DNA of 24,086 bases from a virus. Lineage: Duplodnaviria > Caudoviricetes. Location: IMG/VR virus record IMGVR_UViG_3300043472_000009, positions 1-24,086 of that record. One strand, 5' to 3'. Numbering within the stretch: the first letter of the stretch is position 1; each line of letters starts with the position of its first letter. This document shows, in pieces, positions 23,566 to 24,086 of the stretch. The translations under genes were made by a program, and so were the position numbers. The notes beneath the pieces were generated by a model that was not told where the DNA came from, made no database searches, and worked only from the letters and a program-made list of their open reading frames with translations.

Positions 23566-24086
23566 ATGGCGCTCAATGCCGCCCTCATTCGCGCGTACCA
23601 GAATGGCGAGGTCAGCGTCGGCGCCACGGGCGCCACCCCGACCTTGCCGGCCGACGCCACGTCTACGATCAGCACTCTCGATTTCACCGGCTGCGGCCTG
23701 CTGACCGACGCGGGCGTAACCGAGACGTTTTCGCAGGACTACAACAACATTTTCGCCTGGCAGGGCAATGCTCTCGTGGCGTCGCTGCCCGGTGAACTTG
23801 AGGTCAGCTTCAAGTTCGCCTGCATGCAGCAGACGTTGGTGAACCTTGGTCTCCAGTTCCCCGGTTCAACTCTGACGCAGACCGCCTACGGTGCTTCGCT
23901 TGTGCAGAAGGCCACCGTCCGGGACCTGCGCACGTGGGTCCTCCACGGTATCGACGGCGCCCGTCTGTGCCGCATCGTCGTGCCCTCTGGGATGATCACG
24001 GAGCGGGGTGACGTTGTCTGGTCGTCGCAGGATGTGACGGTTTACGAGTGGACTGTGACCGCGTACCCCGACGCGGCCAATGCGGC
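23566..24086 (+). CDS. Major tail (tube) protein, 3' end outside window
   Basis: AAGGAG then ATG at 23566; MALNAALIRAYQNGEV...GLLTDAGV...IFAWQG...RIVVP.G.ITERGDVV......YEWTVTAYPD matches actinophage tail tube motifs. Confidence 0.88.
   Translation, partial: MALNAALIRAYQNGEVSVGATGATPTLPADATSTISTLDFTGCGLLTDAGVTETFSQDYNNIFAWQGNALVASLPGELEVSFKFACMQQTLVNLGLQFPGSTLTQTAYGASLVQKATVRDLRTWVLHGIDGARLCRIVVPSGMITERGDVVWSSQDVTVYEWTVTAYPDAANA

Larger units (their letters stand above)
210..24086 (+). mobile_element. Temperate siphophage/prophage late region (actinobacterial-type host inferred)
   Basis: Canonical order terS-terL-portal-protease/scaffold-decorator-capsid-adaptor-gp10-terminator-major tail; very high GC; frequent GTG starts and overlapping stop/start codons. 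Confidence 0.93.

Overview
High-GC (actinobacterial-type) temperate siphophage or prophage segment, almost entirely on the + strand. It runs from the 3' end of an IS200/IS605 tnpA through a late-regulation and accessory cassette (Zn-finger protein, T5orf172/GIY-YIG-like nuclease, HTH, tandem thermonuclease, membrane protein, papain-like peptidase). It then covers DNA packaging (terS, terL), a Mu-like head module (portal, protease/scaffold, decorator, major capsid), a ~6.4 kb cassette of beta-rich putative virion appendage genes, neck genes and the start of the major tail protein. The most notable observations are: (1) a head module that appears to carry anti-nucleotide-signalling cargo, with an Acb2/Tad1-like small gene next to a prohead protease/scaffold polyprotein containing an intact 2H phosphoesterase (Acb1-like) domain flanked by assemblin-like V/I-x-A|S/A motifs; (2) terL split by a -1 frameshift exactly at a canonical GGGAAAA slippery heptamer inside Walker A; (3) a 267-bp IS21-type MITE with a 5-bp target duplication interrupting the peptidase; (4) the appendage cassette with a 22-aa repeat protein, lectin-like domains and a polysaccharide deacetylase; (5) a recurring hairpin + TGCCCG(G) intergenic motif. 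All family assignments come from motif recognition by eye; no searches were run.
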